From Podarcis muralis (lineage: Eukaryota): a DNA stretch of 64,000 nt. A program made the translations under genes and the position numbers. The notes below the pieces were generated by a model. The model was not told the DNA's origin. It worked only from the letters and a program-made list of their open reading frames with translations, and searched no databases. Where the stretch lies: NCBI RefSeq assembly GCF_964188315.1, contig NC_135663.1:78120001-78184000 (forward strand), given 5' to 3'. Positions 52,200-64,000 of the stretch are shown in pieces; the first letter of the stretch is position 1; each line of letters begins with the position of its first letter.

Positions 52200-52590
52200 G
52201 CCAAACTTTGGAAATCCCCCGTTGCGGCTGCAATTGCTGGGTGCTGCCTGGCAGATGCTAACTTGTGACAGGATATTCTCAGTGGTGGCTCCCCATTTGT
52301 GGAATTGCCCTTCGTGGGGAGTTGTTTCTATCTTTCTCATTATCAATATTCAAGAGGCATTTTTAAAAGTCCCTGTTCACCCAGGCCAGGAGTCTGATGG
52401 CTGAAAGATACAGAACCCGGCAACCTTGGAATTATTAGGCTATGAGAGTATGTGACTGTTTTGAAATGTTTCTTTAAATGTGTTTAATGTTTTTAGATGT
52501 TTGTAATTGTTTTGTATATATTTTAAATGCTTTTTAATTTTTTAAACATGTATTCTTTTACCCTTTTTCTGTTTGTCACCCAGAGCTGTT
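52200..52590 (+). mobile_element. Old L2 3' fragment
   Basis: RIFSVVAPHLWN motif followed by an AT-rich L2-like 3' UTR. Confidence 0.6.
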
Positions 52591-53099
52591 TGGGGAGCAA
52601 AGGAGGTGCAGAGATAGAAATAAAAGAAAGAAATTAAAATACCCCTGCCATTGATGACCCTCCACCTCCCATTGTGTGATCCACTGCCAGTTGCCCCTCT
52701 TCCTGCATGTTTATGCTTCATTATTATTTTCCTTTGTCATCCCAGGCAGGAGAATCTCAGCCTGTACCCTGTAGCTGTTCAGGGAACACACAGATAGAAG
52801 CATTATTTATTGGAAAACATACTTAAGAGCTGTGCAGATGTGCAGGTGCACACTGAGAAGCAGCATCTAAAAATAAGGATTAATATGACCACATATCAGT
52901 GAAATGGAGGCTAAAACGTTCTCCCCACAGATTCACTGTAAGGCCAAGGATGAGGCAGAGGAGGAAGGTTTAGAAAAGAGTGCCAAATAGGTTTTGCAGG
53001 AAGGAAGCCACTCTCGCCGATATCAAGACTGTGCAGCTGGTGCTCATGAGATGATAGGCAGGAGGAAAACACAGTAACTAAAAAAGCTTGGCACAAATC

Positions 53100-53852
53100 T
53101 GCCCTGAGAAAACCTGGAATAAAGGGCCAGAACTAGCAGTATCAACACAAGACGGATGAACATCATGTGCATCATGAGAAAGCAAGAAAGTGTGTGGAAC
53201 AGGTCTCGGTGTTTCGATTTCTGGGAATGGAGTTGAGAGATGACCTAACCTGGGGAGAAAACAGCAAAGACCTGATGAAGAGAGCACAACAGAGGTTATA
53301 TTTTCTGAGAATCCTCCGGAAAAATAATCTCTCAAAGGACCTGTTGATGGCATCTTACCATTGCACCGCGGAGAGTGTATTAACTTATGGTCTGTGTGTG
53401 TGGTTTGGGAGCTGCATGGTCAGGGAAAAAACAATGCTGTCCAGGGTTGTAAAGACTGCAGAGAGAATAATTGGGTGCACCCTTCCCACCTTGGATCAAA
53501 TCTATGCTTCCAAGTGCCATAAGAAAACTGCAGAGAAAGCGCAGGATAGTGCACACCCCGGAAATGATCTCTTTCAGCTGCTGCCTTCTGGAAGAAGGTA
53601 CAGAGTTATAAAGACTAGGACTAGCCACCTGAGAAACAGTTTCTATCCAAATGCGATTTTGGTTTTAAACGCAGTGTAAGGTAGTCTCTATAGTATATTG
53701 TATTCAGTTATGGGGTATCAGAGTTTTTAAGGGGCTAACCAGGCTGGGATAGCTGGAATAGTAGGCTTGTTGGTTTTTGAATGTCTGCTGTAGATTTTTT
53801 CAATTTTGTTGTTCTATATAGGATAACGACAATAAAGATTATCGTATCGTAC
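53100..53852 (+). mobile_element. Rex1/Babar-like LINE 3' fragment
   Basis: Uninterrupted 170-aa ORF: FRFLG…AQQRLYFLRILR…ESVLTYGLCVWFG…HPGNDLFQLLPSGRRYR…RNSFYP. Ends aataaagattatcgtatcgt. Confidence 0.85.
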
Positions 53853-54614
53853 CGGTAAAACACAACACCCCCCTCCCAAGTGAATCAAGCCTAACTCTTG
53901 TTATCCTGAACTTTTTCAATCTCTCACTCTCTCCCCACCTAGCTTGCTTTGAGGGAAGGAAAAAGGGGAGAAGAATTTGCATGTTTCTTGGCAGTATCAG
54001 CCCACTGGAGATGGCAAAGAAGATGAAGATACATTGGTTAAAGTTCAGGAGGGGGGCGACTAGTAGGATTTGCCTTTCCATTGTTTTCTGCTTTGTTTTA
54101 TTCAAGCTCACTATAGTATCTGCTCTGAGTATTTGCCTGAACAAATACAGATCTGGCTGTCAGGTGGGCATCTGTCCTGTACCATCTGACTCTTCATCCT
54201 GCAGGCAGACGCTGCTGCAGCTTCTCAGTCTGAATTTTGCTGCTCTGGGCCAGTCTCATACTCAGCTGTTCCTGTTCAAAGAGGACTGAGGGGCCATCCT
54301 GTACTTCCGCCCACGTCAAGGACAACTGAATAAAATTATGTCAGCTAAACCTTTTGCGTCTCTTATTAAATCTAGATCAAGAAATACTGCCACAACTCTG
54401 GCAGATTCAGAGATGGACACGACCTGCTCCTGGAGGCCATTTTTATGCCCATTTTCCCAAGGGCCAGAGTGTGAGTATTGCTTCAAAGGTTTTTAGAGAG
54501 ATCCAGAAAAGCTAAAAGGGTCACATTCCCCTTGTTTGTCTCCTGTTGTGGCCTGTTTACCAGAGTGATTAGATCTGGAATGGATCAGGGCAACCTGTTT
54601 CCTCTAATTCCCCA

Positions 54615-54985
54615 GACCCACAGGTGGCGCTGTGGTCTAAACCACTGAGCCTCTTGGGCTTGCCGATCAGAAGGTTGCGGTTCGAATCCCGGCGACAGGG
54701 TGAGCTCCCATTGCTCAGTCCCAGCTCCTGCCAACCTAGCAGTTCGAAAGCACGCCAAAGGTGCAAGTAGATAAATAGGTACTGCTCCGGCGGGAAGGTA
54801 GATGGCATTTCCGTGCACTGCTCTGGTTTCGCCAGAAGCGGCTTAGTCATGCTGGCCACGTGACCCGGAAAAACTGTCTGCATAGCGGACAAACGTCGGT
54901 TCCCTCAGCCTGTAAAGCGAGATGAGCACTGCAACCCCAGCGTCTTTTGCAACTGGACTTAACTGTCAGAGGTCCTTTACCTTTT
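54615..54985 (+). mobile_element. Sauria SINE
   Basis: Head, B box and cctttacctttt tail. Confidence 0.9.
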
Positions 54986-55646
54986 ATACAGGGACTGGAG
55001 AAATCTCTCAGCAACGCCCCCCCCCCCCCACAGGGCCTTTGATCTTCCTCATTTATAATAGACTGAAATATAGGATCTCTTAATGGGGTTCTTATTTTTA
55101 GATAAACCAATGTCCTCAATTCTTTCACTTTGGTAGAACCAGCCAAGGTGGGGGCATTATATAATTCTGCCCCAGTTTTATCTCAGCCACCTTCCAGATA
55201 GATATATGTCCCAGCAAAAATTATTTGAAGCTACTTCTACCAGGTGGTGAACAAATTCACACTTTTGCCTTGTGAATCAAAAGTTGAAACTGAATATAGA
55301 ACAGCCAAGCTGTCAAGTGCAGATGGCATAGTTATGAAGCCTCTGCTGTTAGTCAGGTCATACTATCCAAATGTTTCACGACCACCTCCACAGGCATCTC
55401 TTTTATAGAGGCTTGATAAAAAAAAAGGTTTCCAGAACAAAGAAATAAAAGGGCAATCTGAGAGCAACAATGAAGCCGTGTGGCATTATACTTCAAGAAT
55501 GGGAACTACTGGCACATGATAAAGCAACAACAACTGCAAGTCATCTATGTTGGAACAGAGATATCAGAGGTACTAGTGTGAAAGTGCCTGCAGTCGAAAT
55601 CTTTTCAAGAGCAGCTTCAGGACAATTTGAGCTGGAGTCCAATACA

Positions 55647-55967
55647 CTGTGATCTAAACCACAGAGCCTAGGGCTTGCCGATCAGAAGGTTGGCGGTTCG
55701 AATCCCTGCAACGGGGTGAGCTCCCATTGTTCGGTCCCTGCTCCTGCCCACCTAGCAGTTCGAAAGCACGTCAAAGTGCAAGTAGATAAATAGGTACCAC
55801 TCCGGTAGGAAGGTAAACGACGTTTCCGTGCGCTGCTCTGGTTTGCCAGAAGCGGCTTAGTCATGCTAGCCACATGACCCGGAAGCTGTACGCCGGCTCC
55901 CTCGGCCAATAAAGCGAGATGAGCGCCGCAACCCCAGAGTCGTCCACGACTGGACCTAATGGTCAGG
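55647..55967 (+). mobile_element. Sauria SINE (slightly truncated at both ends)
   Basis: Body nearly identical to the other copies. Confidence 0.88.
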
Positions 55968-56129
55968 AGTACCAAGGCAGTTTGCCTGTTAGTAATGAGC
56001 TTCAATAAGTGCTTTCTCTCATACCACCCCAATCCTTCATTGTGTACAGCTGCGGAGATTCTCTTGGTTGTGCTGCACTTTGGAGAAGTACATTTGGCAG
56101 TAACCAGAAAGAGCAACAGAGCCGTTAGA

Positions 56130-56262
56130 CAGTGGAAGCACGTTCCTTGGGGGTTTATAAGCAGAGGTTGGATGTCCAACTGTTATGCATGACCTAGTTG
56201 AGATGCCTGCACTGCAGGTTGGACTAGATGACCCTTGGGTCCCTTCCAACTCTATGATTCTA
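56130..56262 (+). mobile_element. CR1 3' end
   Basis: …gggtcccttccaactctatgattcta tail. Confidence 0.75.
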
Positions 56263-56910
56263 GGAGGCCCTTCTCTGTGGCAGCACCAACTCCCCCTTTA
56301 GCTAAGTGTTTTAGCACCTCTTGAAAATATGCTTATGCTCAAGGCTTTTGCTGGGATCATAACATTATGTTTTAATTTGCCCTGAATCACAATTTATTAT
56401 TTAATTTGTGCTTTAAAGTATAGATGTTTTGTACACTGCCTTGCCGTATGTGAAAGGCAAAATAAATAAAGGCTTAAATAAGCAAATAAATAGGGATGTT
56501 GGGAGACCTGGACAACACCATTTATAAATGCAAATATAACAGAACAAATTCTTTCAACATTTTGCAAGTATACAATTTTGCATGTTCTATAAAAGAGTTT
56601 AATACGAGTCAGTGGTACAAGAGACTTAAAGGGGTCTCACAGAAGAGATAAAAAGGGGAAAGAAATTTGCAAGCACTAAATGGATAATGAGGTTTTCATG
56701 ACTTGCTATAGAATGCAATATACATGTGCCCTGGTCAAGCTATCTGTGAGAGCTCAGATTGCATTGCCTCCATGGAAATAAATTGAGAAGCTACTTTGAA
56801 GAGGGTAGTTCCCCACTGATTTTCGGTATGTCTCCCAATTGAATTTAGATCTGCTTCTGCACATTAAATACTTTTGAATAAGAAAAAAAATGAATTAACG
56901 AAGAACAGAG

Positions 56911-56916
56911 TTTATT
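56911..56916 (-). terminator. Candidate poly(A) signal for the RGS12 -ISRF isoform
   Basis: AATAAA on the minus strand, ~1.76 kb after the stop at 58672, at the end of a stretch with no recognisable repeats. Confidence 0.45.
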
Positions 56917-58671
56917 ACTCTTTGTAGTGGTGGGAACTCAGATACAAAATATATGCAGAAACTACATTAAGGCAGCTACAGAATAAAAGAAGATAGAAAC
57001 AACAAAAGCTGCAGCTCACGGGAATGTATGGCATGCACTAAATACAGGTCAGTTTGAAGATTTGAAGATATTCACATATGAACTCCAGTTTAAAAATAAG
57101 ACAGTCTAACTTGTAAACTCCCCTTTTAAAACACACATGCTCTAACTATAGATATACACAAATGTACAAAACCAGGCCACAAAATACACTTCATGTATTA
57201 TCATTTGGACATAGCCAATTACAAGGTCATTTGATGTTTAATTTCAATAATTTTCATGGTAGCATATATAAAAACACTGTGAAAGACATAAACCTTTTCT
57301 GATGTTTCAGAGTAGCAGGACAGAAGAGTTTGGCTGTCATTTGTTAGCACGTGACAATTAGGCATGTGAAAATCACTAAATAAGTACAGGTAAGAAACAA
57401 GAAATAAGCAGTCAAACCGAATGTGTTTGCATTCTACAAGTCATGATTCTACTTGGTACTGTATTGGAATTATGAAGATAAATACAGTCAGTTGCATCAG
57501 AGATGGCGATCCAGCCCTTGGGCCCATGTGCAATGGAGACAGCAGGAAGCAGTGTAGGCAGATGACTTTCTCCCCCGCCCAGCACCACATTCTTACCAGG
57601 CATATGGCAATTACTGAATTTCTGTACCTTCCAGCAGATAATCCAGCTGCCCATACTGATATTTGCCTGCTGCTCAGAGTGTGCAGAGGGGTGGACTCTT
57701 TGGGGAGAACTCTTTGGGGAGGGGGGATGGATCTTCTCCCAGAGGTAGGTGTTATATATCTGGGATGGGGAGACATATCCATCCAGGCCTCCCTTTCTGG
57801 CCACCCCCAGTCTCCCCCTCCTCCGCACCCTTCCCCAATCCTACTCTGCACCTTCCTCGAGTGTTCTTGCCTGGCTGCTTTGTGTCCTTGAATTCTGATA
57901 ATGCTTCTTGGCTGCCTAGATGGAGGGTGGAGATGTGTGTATGTGTAAAATCAGCCTCCTGGTAAAATTTACACTAGCTGCTCTGCCCACTTTGCCTCTG
58001 GCCCTGCCCACCACTGGCATGTGCAAGCTCAAGGGTGGTCCAGGAGGAACATGTTACATGTGATCCTCATCTGGCATTTGCATGTGCCTTTAGAGATGAG
58101 TATCTATAAAAAGTTGTCTGCATGTGCTTCGTGAGGACGTGCCCAGGACTTCCAGCAGAAATGTGGGAACCAGGCTGGGCTTTCCCTTTCCTCTTCAAGT
58201 TTTTATAATGGTATACAGCACAAAGAGGAAGCGACAGCAAATAATGCATGCATATGCGTGAAAAGTCTGTCTTGGAGGTATAAATGGAAAAACTATGTTT
58301 TGCAAGCCTCTTCCAAACAAAAATGTGTTTATTTCCAACATGCAAAATGGTCGTTGAGGCTTTTTATGAGTGCACAGCCAAAGAAGTGATACCACATCTG
58401 TTTTCAATTTGGAGTTTGTGTACTTAAAGCAGCCTGTAGCTCAGGCTGGCTGGTCCGGAACTTGCAGCTGTCCGCAGTGTGTGGACAGGCAGGAGGGGCC
58501 AGAGTGGGATGTAGGCAAGGGTCACAGAGGCCAAATTGTGTGCTACCCCTCAGAACTACGGTCTGTACATGCCCTAAAGACAGGCTTCAGTTGCACTTTT
58601 CTGCATGTTGTAAACAGATGCGACAAGTGCTGAAACAAATGTAATGGGGAATCATTTCTTATTAAAGACAT

Positions 58672-59297
58672 TTAAAATCTGGAAATACCTGATTTGGATT
58701 TCTCATGGGTAGTTTTTTCCTGATTATCTGTTAGTGACACGGGAGGTGGATACTTGGCTCCTGCAAGAGTGTTTTTGTCTGAAGAAGAGGGTGGAGATGG
58801 CAGCAACGTACTGTTAGGGCTGTTAATGTCTCCCTCAGCCACCAGAGTCAAGTCTGCTACGTTCTCATCCTCAACAGTTTGTATGCTTTCAGCCTGCAGT
58901 TCTTTTGATTGCCTTTTCCATATGGCGGCATCCTGCGAAAGTGGAATCGGAGACAGTGGGGCACCAAAAGGAACACTGCAAGTCTTCTGGTTGCTGCAAG
59001 TTGCCAGCGCGGCTGGTTTTTGCTTGCTTCCAGAATAAGCCATTTTGACTGCGGAGCTTTCACTACTGTTTTTCATGACGTCCACTTTGCCAGTTAACTG
59101 CATGCATTTGTCCTTGACATCAGGATGTGCAATTCTCTTGTTGCAGCCTTTAGACCCTTCGGGTGTAGATGAAGAAGGCCTAGTCCCACAGGAAGGCAAG
59201 TGAAGAAAATCGGGCAGAACCAAGTCTTCTTTTCTCAGCAGCCCTCGCTGGTCATCTGCTCTGTTACTTTGCACTTTTGATATAAGTTCAAAAAACT
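58672..59297 (-). CDS. RGS12: RGS12 GoLoco exon. Either read through to …KSGISRF* (58672) or spliced at 58689 to the ATFV exon.
   Basis: caatag|(E)FFELISKVQSNRADDQRGLLRKEDLVLPDFL is the GoLoco motif. Also contains IWKRQS…IQTVEDENVADLTLVAEGDINSPNSTLLP. Internal donor TCAG|gtattt. Confidence 0.95.
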
Positions 59298-62200
59298 CTA
59301 TTGCAAGAAACCCAAAATAGACCCATTAGTCAATACCGCAAAATTTCGTGACACCACACAATCATTTTTTTCCTTAACTAGACACATTTGATTCACCCAC
59401 CCTTTACCAACAACACTGAAAAAAACAACAAAATCTAAAACATCTGCCCACTTTCTGAGATGAAACTCCTATAACATTATAAATAAAACTAAAGTTTACA
59501 AGTAACTTTAAAAGACAGTAGTAATCCTAAATCTCCGGTGATTTTAATAGGGGCATGTAGTAGCATATTTTTTCCTGGTACCAGTTTTTCACATTATACC
59601 TGACACTTGTAATATTTCATATGAAAGATGCCATTTCACCCTGCTTGTATTAAATACATTGAGAAAGAATGAGGATTGATTTTCTCCACTGGTTACAGGG
59701 GGGGGGGAACATATCCACTTGCTGAATCTGAACACAAATAGGGGAAAAAATGTGAAGAAAAAATGCACAATGTGACACATAGGCATTTCATGTGAATACC
59801 AATTCTAACTGCAGTAGGAGATGGATAGAAAGCTATAGCCTCATCTGTCCAGGACCCAGGCAAGTTTCACAAATGAGCAGCACTCTCTGGAATCCAGAAA
59901 CCACTTCCACATGCCAAAAGCAGAACTCTGAACCTGCCCATTTTTGCCTCATGCAACTGGCATTCACAGACTAGCAGTTGCATGTACATAAGGCATCGCC
60001 CATAGCCCCACCAGGCATGCTGCTGCTGCTGCCGCCACTGCTGCTGCAAAAAAGAACCAGGCACTTTTAAGCCAGGACCAGGCATCTTTATTGCATGTAG
60101 GAGATGGTCTGCATGAGCACCCCTTGGGTCACCATGAAGAAGGTGTGATCCTTTAAGTGAGTGCATGCAAAAAAGAGAGAGAAACATTCAGTGTGCACAC
60201 CAAGCTCATGTGCTAAAAACACTAGCGGAGGCATGACGGATGTGCTGCCATCTTTGCTGACACATTCTCCACCTTCCTCTGCCCTCCCCCCAATTAACTA
60301 GGGCAGGGGAGAGGTAAGGAATCCAGCTCCTCAGCAGAGGGTAGTAATTGCCAAGGAGGGAACAGGGCCCACATATGCCAACACACCTAGCAGAAATGCT
60401 ATGCTAATTATGTCCATTTCCATCAGGAACAGGCTTTCCTGCCAGGCACACTGGGGCAGAAACAGCTTTGTTCATACCCTGCTTGAGTCGGCTACAAGTA
60501 GGGTCCTGCCTGGCAACTAATGGGGGCCCTTACGGGACTGCAATATTCCTAGTTGCAGATGATGAACTGTCACTATATTTTAGGACAGAATTCTATGCTC
60601 AGTTTTCATCATCTAGGAGACCTTAGGATTTGAAACGTCTGCTTTGCCAGTAACATCACACTGATATCTGGGTTATGTTGGACACACTGGCATAATGTAA
60701 TGCTAGTGTATTCCCAATGTCTATGTGACCATCACATTTTGTCAGCGAGCAATAGGCTTAGATTGAAACCTAACTCCAAGGTTTGTTCTTGGTTTGCTAA
60801 TTATTTTGTACATTTAAGGGAAAGCAAACTACAGTTCTGGTTGGATGACACAGGAAACCTTGGTTTGTTGCGCCTATTCAAGCTAGGAGAGGAGCAAAGT
60901 GGGTGTAGTAGAGCCGCACACACCCACACTGTGATAATGTTAACAGGCCAGGTTCACACAAGAGATATTACAGTGTCAAGGGGCTATTACTTTCCAGCCA
61001 TTTCCAAAAACAACTGGGGGTGAAAAAAAGCTAGTTTAGATCAGGTTGGGCTTTACAACTTTTATACTAGTCAGTCAAAAAACAATTATGTGCAGTTCTT
61101 TTAATGTTCAATCTCATTCTTGGTGGATTACAAATGTGAACCCAATTACAGAACACTCACAGCAGCATTTAAACCCCTGACAATGTGCCGTAACTCAAAC
61201 GGCATGGCATGGGGCTTTAGGTCTTTAGGCCTCAAGTTGTGGGTGCTTAGTGCTCTTGATCAGTTAGTGACATGGCAATTATACAGAAAAGAGATTTTGC
61301 ACAAAAAGGAACACTTTGCACGGTTTCACCGCATAATATATATGGGAAGAACAGATTGCTAACATTTCTCTTTTCAGAATGGGCAGTGCGGGGCACCCAG
61401 GTAAGCAAACGATACCGTACTTCCAAGTATGAATGCTTCAAATTCCTTCCATGTCCTTCCCTCCGCCTTTGGTATTGTCCACTGGGCACTGACTAAATTG
61501 TATTGACTAGCCATTCCTTCCTCCTTCAACACATGCTTTACACTGGGTAAAGTATGCACTGTGCAGAAAGGGTAGGAAGAGCTGGCAGCCATTCTACAAG
61601 CAGGTAAGTGCTCTGTTGGTGGAATGCTGATCAAACATTTTCAGGAGCACAAATAAACCACACAGAACAGAACAAGCAGTCACTGTAATGAGTTTCATAG
61701 CAACTCCTTATGGGAAGGGATGAATATTGGCTCATTTACTACAGCCTCTCCCCTAAGGAGTGCGGGAGGCTGAGAGATGGGCATCTCGGTCCAGGGACTA
61801 TGTGGATACTGCTGCTGACCTTTGCTCATCACTGTTCCTGTGTTGCTCTTGGCTCTGCACAGGTAGATGTTCAACAGTTGCAGAAGTAAGGATGGTTCTT
61901 ATTCCTAATGCTAAGTGTGGTTCCCACTGTGGTTTAATTTTACAAAATTAAAAATAATACTGTTCCTCTGTGCGGTTGCTAAGCTTTATGTTCCAGTTGG
62001 GATCCTGCATCTTTGCAAGCTATTTCAAGGATGCTGTTGCATCAGTGAAGGAGGGTGAACAAGCCATGGAGTGAATGATGCCTGCTAACTGCTGTCTGTC
62101 ATTGAACTTTCAAAGGCATGTGACTCCTGCCAGGGCAAGAAAGTTGGCAACCCCAACCATGTCTCTACCTTTCAAAACCTGTCCATTATTGCTAGGGCAC

Positions 62201-63131
62201 TATCTTGTAAGCACTGCCTATCAGGCAAATGACAACAGGCTGGTGCAGTGCTCCTCTGATTCTCAGAGCCCATGTGCCTCTGTGTGGGGTAATCTACACT
62301 TTTCCAGTGGGAGATCACATTTAGGATCCAAACTGGGCATCTTCTGTGCTGTTCGCTTGGGCTAGACCTGCCCCTGGTGTGCATGACTGGGACCATGGAC
62401 TGCTGGCTGTGGAAAGGCAAATGCCTCATGATGTGCCCTTCTGCCTAAATGGCCAGAGAGCTGCTCTGTGCTGTGCCAGTTCTGTGTGCTGCCTCTTTTC
62501 TCTCTGATATGCGGGCTGCTGACAAGACATGCAAATGGTGAAACATAGCAGGACTCAAACCTCCCCCAACCTATGCAACCATGGCTTGTTGCTTGTCCTG
62601 GTTCCTCCATCTGCAGCACTGGCAAAAGGATGGTGGGTTTTTTAAATGCAGCTTTGCTCCATCAGCAAGTGGCTCCTTTCCCTCAGGAACTCTGGATGTT
62701 TATTATTCAGACCCCTTCTCACAAGAGTGTAGGCTGGGGTGGGGTAATCTCATGGAAAGTTCCCACATCCCTTTGCTCCGCCCCCTGCACTGCTAATGTG
62801 GGGGCATTGTGGCCATGCTGTTCTGTGATTTGTGAGCGCTGGTAATGTTGCCATAGATACTACTGGGCGAGTGGGTGGCACTATTTCTATGTTCTCCTTT
62901 AGTTAGTACTGCTGTTTTCAATTTGGCTGCTGAGAGCGCATTCCAGAAGCCTTTGCCTACAATTAAAGGTAATTCTAGAGTAGGTTAGATTAATTTATTA
63001 GTAACATCACCACACTGCTGAAATTTATAATACAACCTGTTTTATTCAATTATAAAATGAACTAATACCACTGTTTACAAATGTTTGGTGTAAAAACTAA
63101 TACTACTGCATATACTAAAAAAGTGACATAC

Positions 63132-63285
63132 CCTCTGCTTCGTCCAAATTAATTTTCTGACTTTTTTTTTTCCCCGTCTGTGCAATACATTCTTCTCTGT
63201 TTGCTAGATGGACATCCCTAGAGCTTTTTCCACTTTCTCCTTTTATTTTAATAGAATTAGACTTTCCTAGAGTTCTTCCCTCTCC
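63132..63285 (-). CDS. RGS12: RGS12 exon preceding the GoLoco exon
   Basis: atacag|GEGRTLGKSNSIKIKGESGKSSRDVHLANREECIAQTGKKKSQKINLDEAE G|gtatgt. 154 nt; not present in the supplied ORF track. Confidence 0.92.
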
Positions 63286-64000
63286 CTGTATTAGAAGGAA
63301 AGTTAAAGGGCTACTTACTTTTACATAATACTACAAAACGGATGCAATAAATTGTCGATAAATAACAATTATTTTGTGCACAGAGTTGTGATTAAACATA
63401 GTACAAGCATTTTCAGTAAACCACAAACAAAAAGAGAAGAGAAAAAAGAATTACATCTACATACAAAAAAAGCGACATGCTCATTTTGAACTGTAGAGTT
63501 TATGTCTGTCTTTGGACCAAACTCCATTTTATTATATATAGTTGCATGTAACTTCCACCCAGCAACGTCTCTCTTTGCCCCCATGAAAATCTGTGGAGAC
63601 TGTGACTTTGAGCAGAGCACTGGTTGGGGTGCGCGGGAGGAGAGTTGCTTTAACCCTTTCTTTCATAGTCATTTTCCAGCTCTCTGTGGGGAAGAGGAGC
63701 CAGGGATGATTTGAGTGGGGAAACAGTTCAAGGTGACAGGGATAAGCATTCTCATCAGCTTGTGATGCTTCACGCACAATTGCAGCCCCCTTTAGATGCT
63801 TTGCATGGGGAAAAATGTGGGGAGGTACATGTAACTGCATATAGCATGTGTTTTGGTCTTCAAGGACAGATGTCAGAGAACAGAAGACAGGGGCATGCAC
63901 TGGTGAAAGCAACAAAACAAAGCCCTTACATACGTGAAAGGCAAGACATAATCAGCCGAAACAAACACTAAGCAAATGCCATTAAACATTTGGGACATTC

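Noticed and set aside
59600-59727. Cryptic exon in an RGS12 intron (strong pyrimidine tract, ttcag| … cag|gtataa)
   Set aside because: Read in the incoming phase it stops after DSASGYVPPPL, and 128 nt would shift the frame. There is no homology support. It could only be a poison exon and needs RNA evidence.

Overview
Vertebrate nuclear DNA, most likely from a lacertid lizard; this is inferred from the Sauria SINE, Bov-B, CR1, L2 and hAT/Tigger MITE content. Three intron-containing genes were reconstructed by hand from GT-AG junctions with consistent phases. (1) MSANTD1, + strand, 3 coding exons, 3524-18219, 259 aa. (2) HGFAC, - strand, complete, 11 coding exons, 39460-22143, 503 aa. (3) The 3' end of RGS12, - strand, with the GoLoco exon and two alternative C-termini (-ISRF and PDZ-ligand -ATFV). 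The main surprise is HGFAC: it appears to lack the three exons encoding fibronectin type II and EGF1, giving signal-linker-FN1-EGF-kringle-protease, and it has an RSRRRR-P8 linker before the activation peptide. The RGS12-HGFAC block also points toward MSANTD1, the reverse of the human/mouse arrangement. Most of the supplied six-frame ORFs are transposon-derived or spurious. There is one assembly gap (3239-3371). All calls are by eye, with no database searches.
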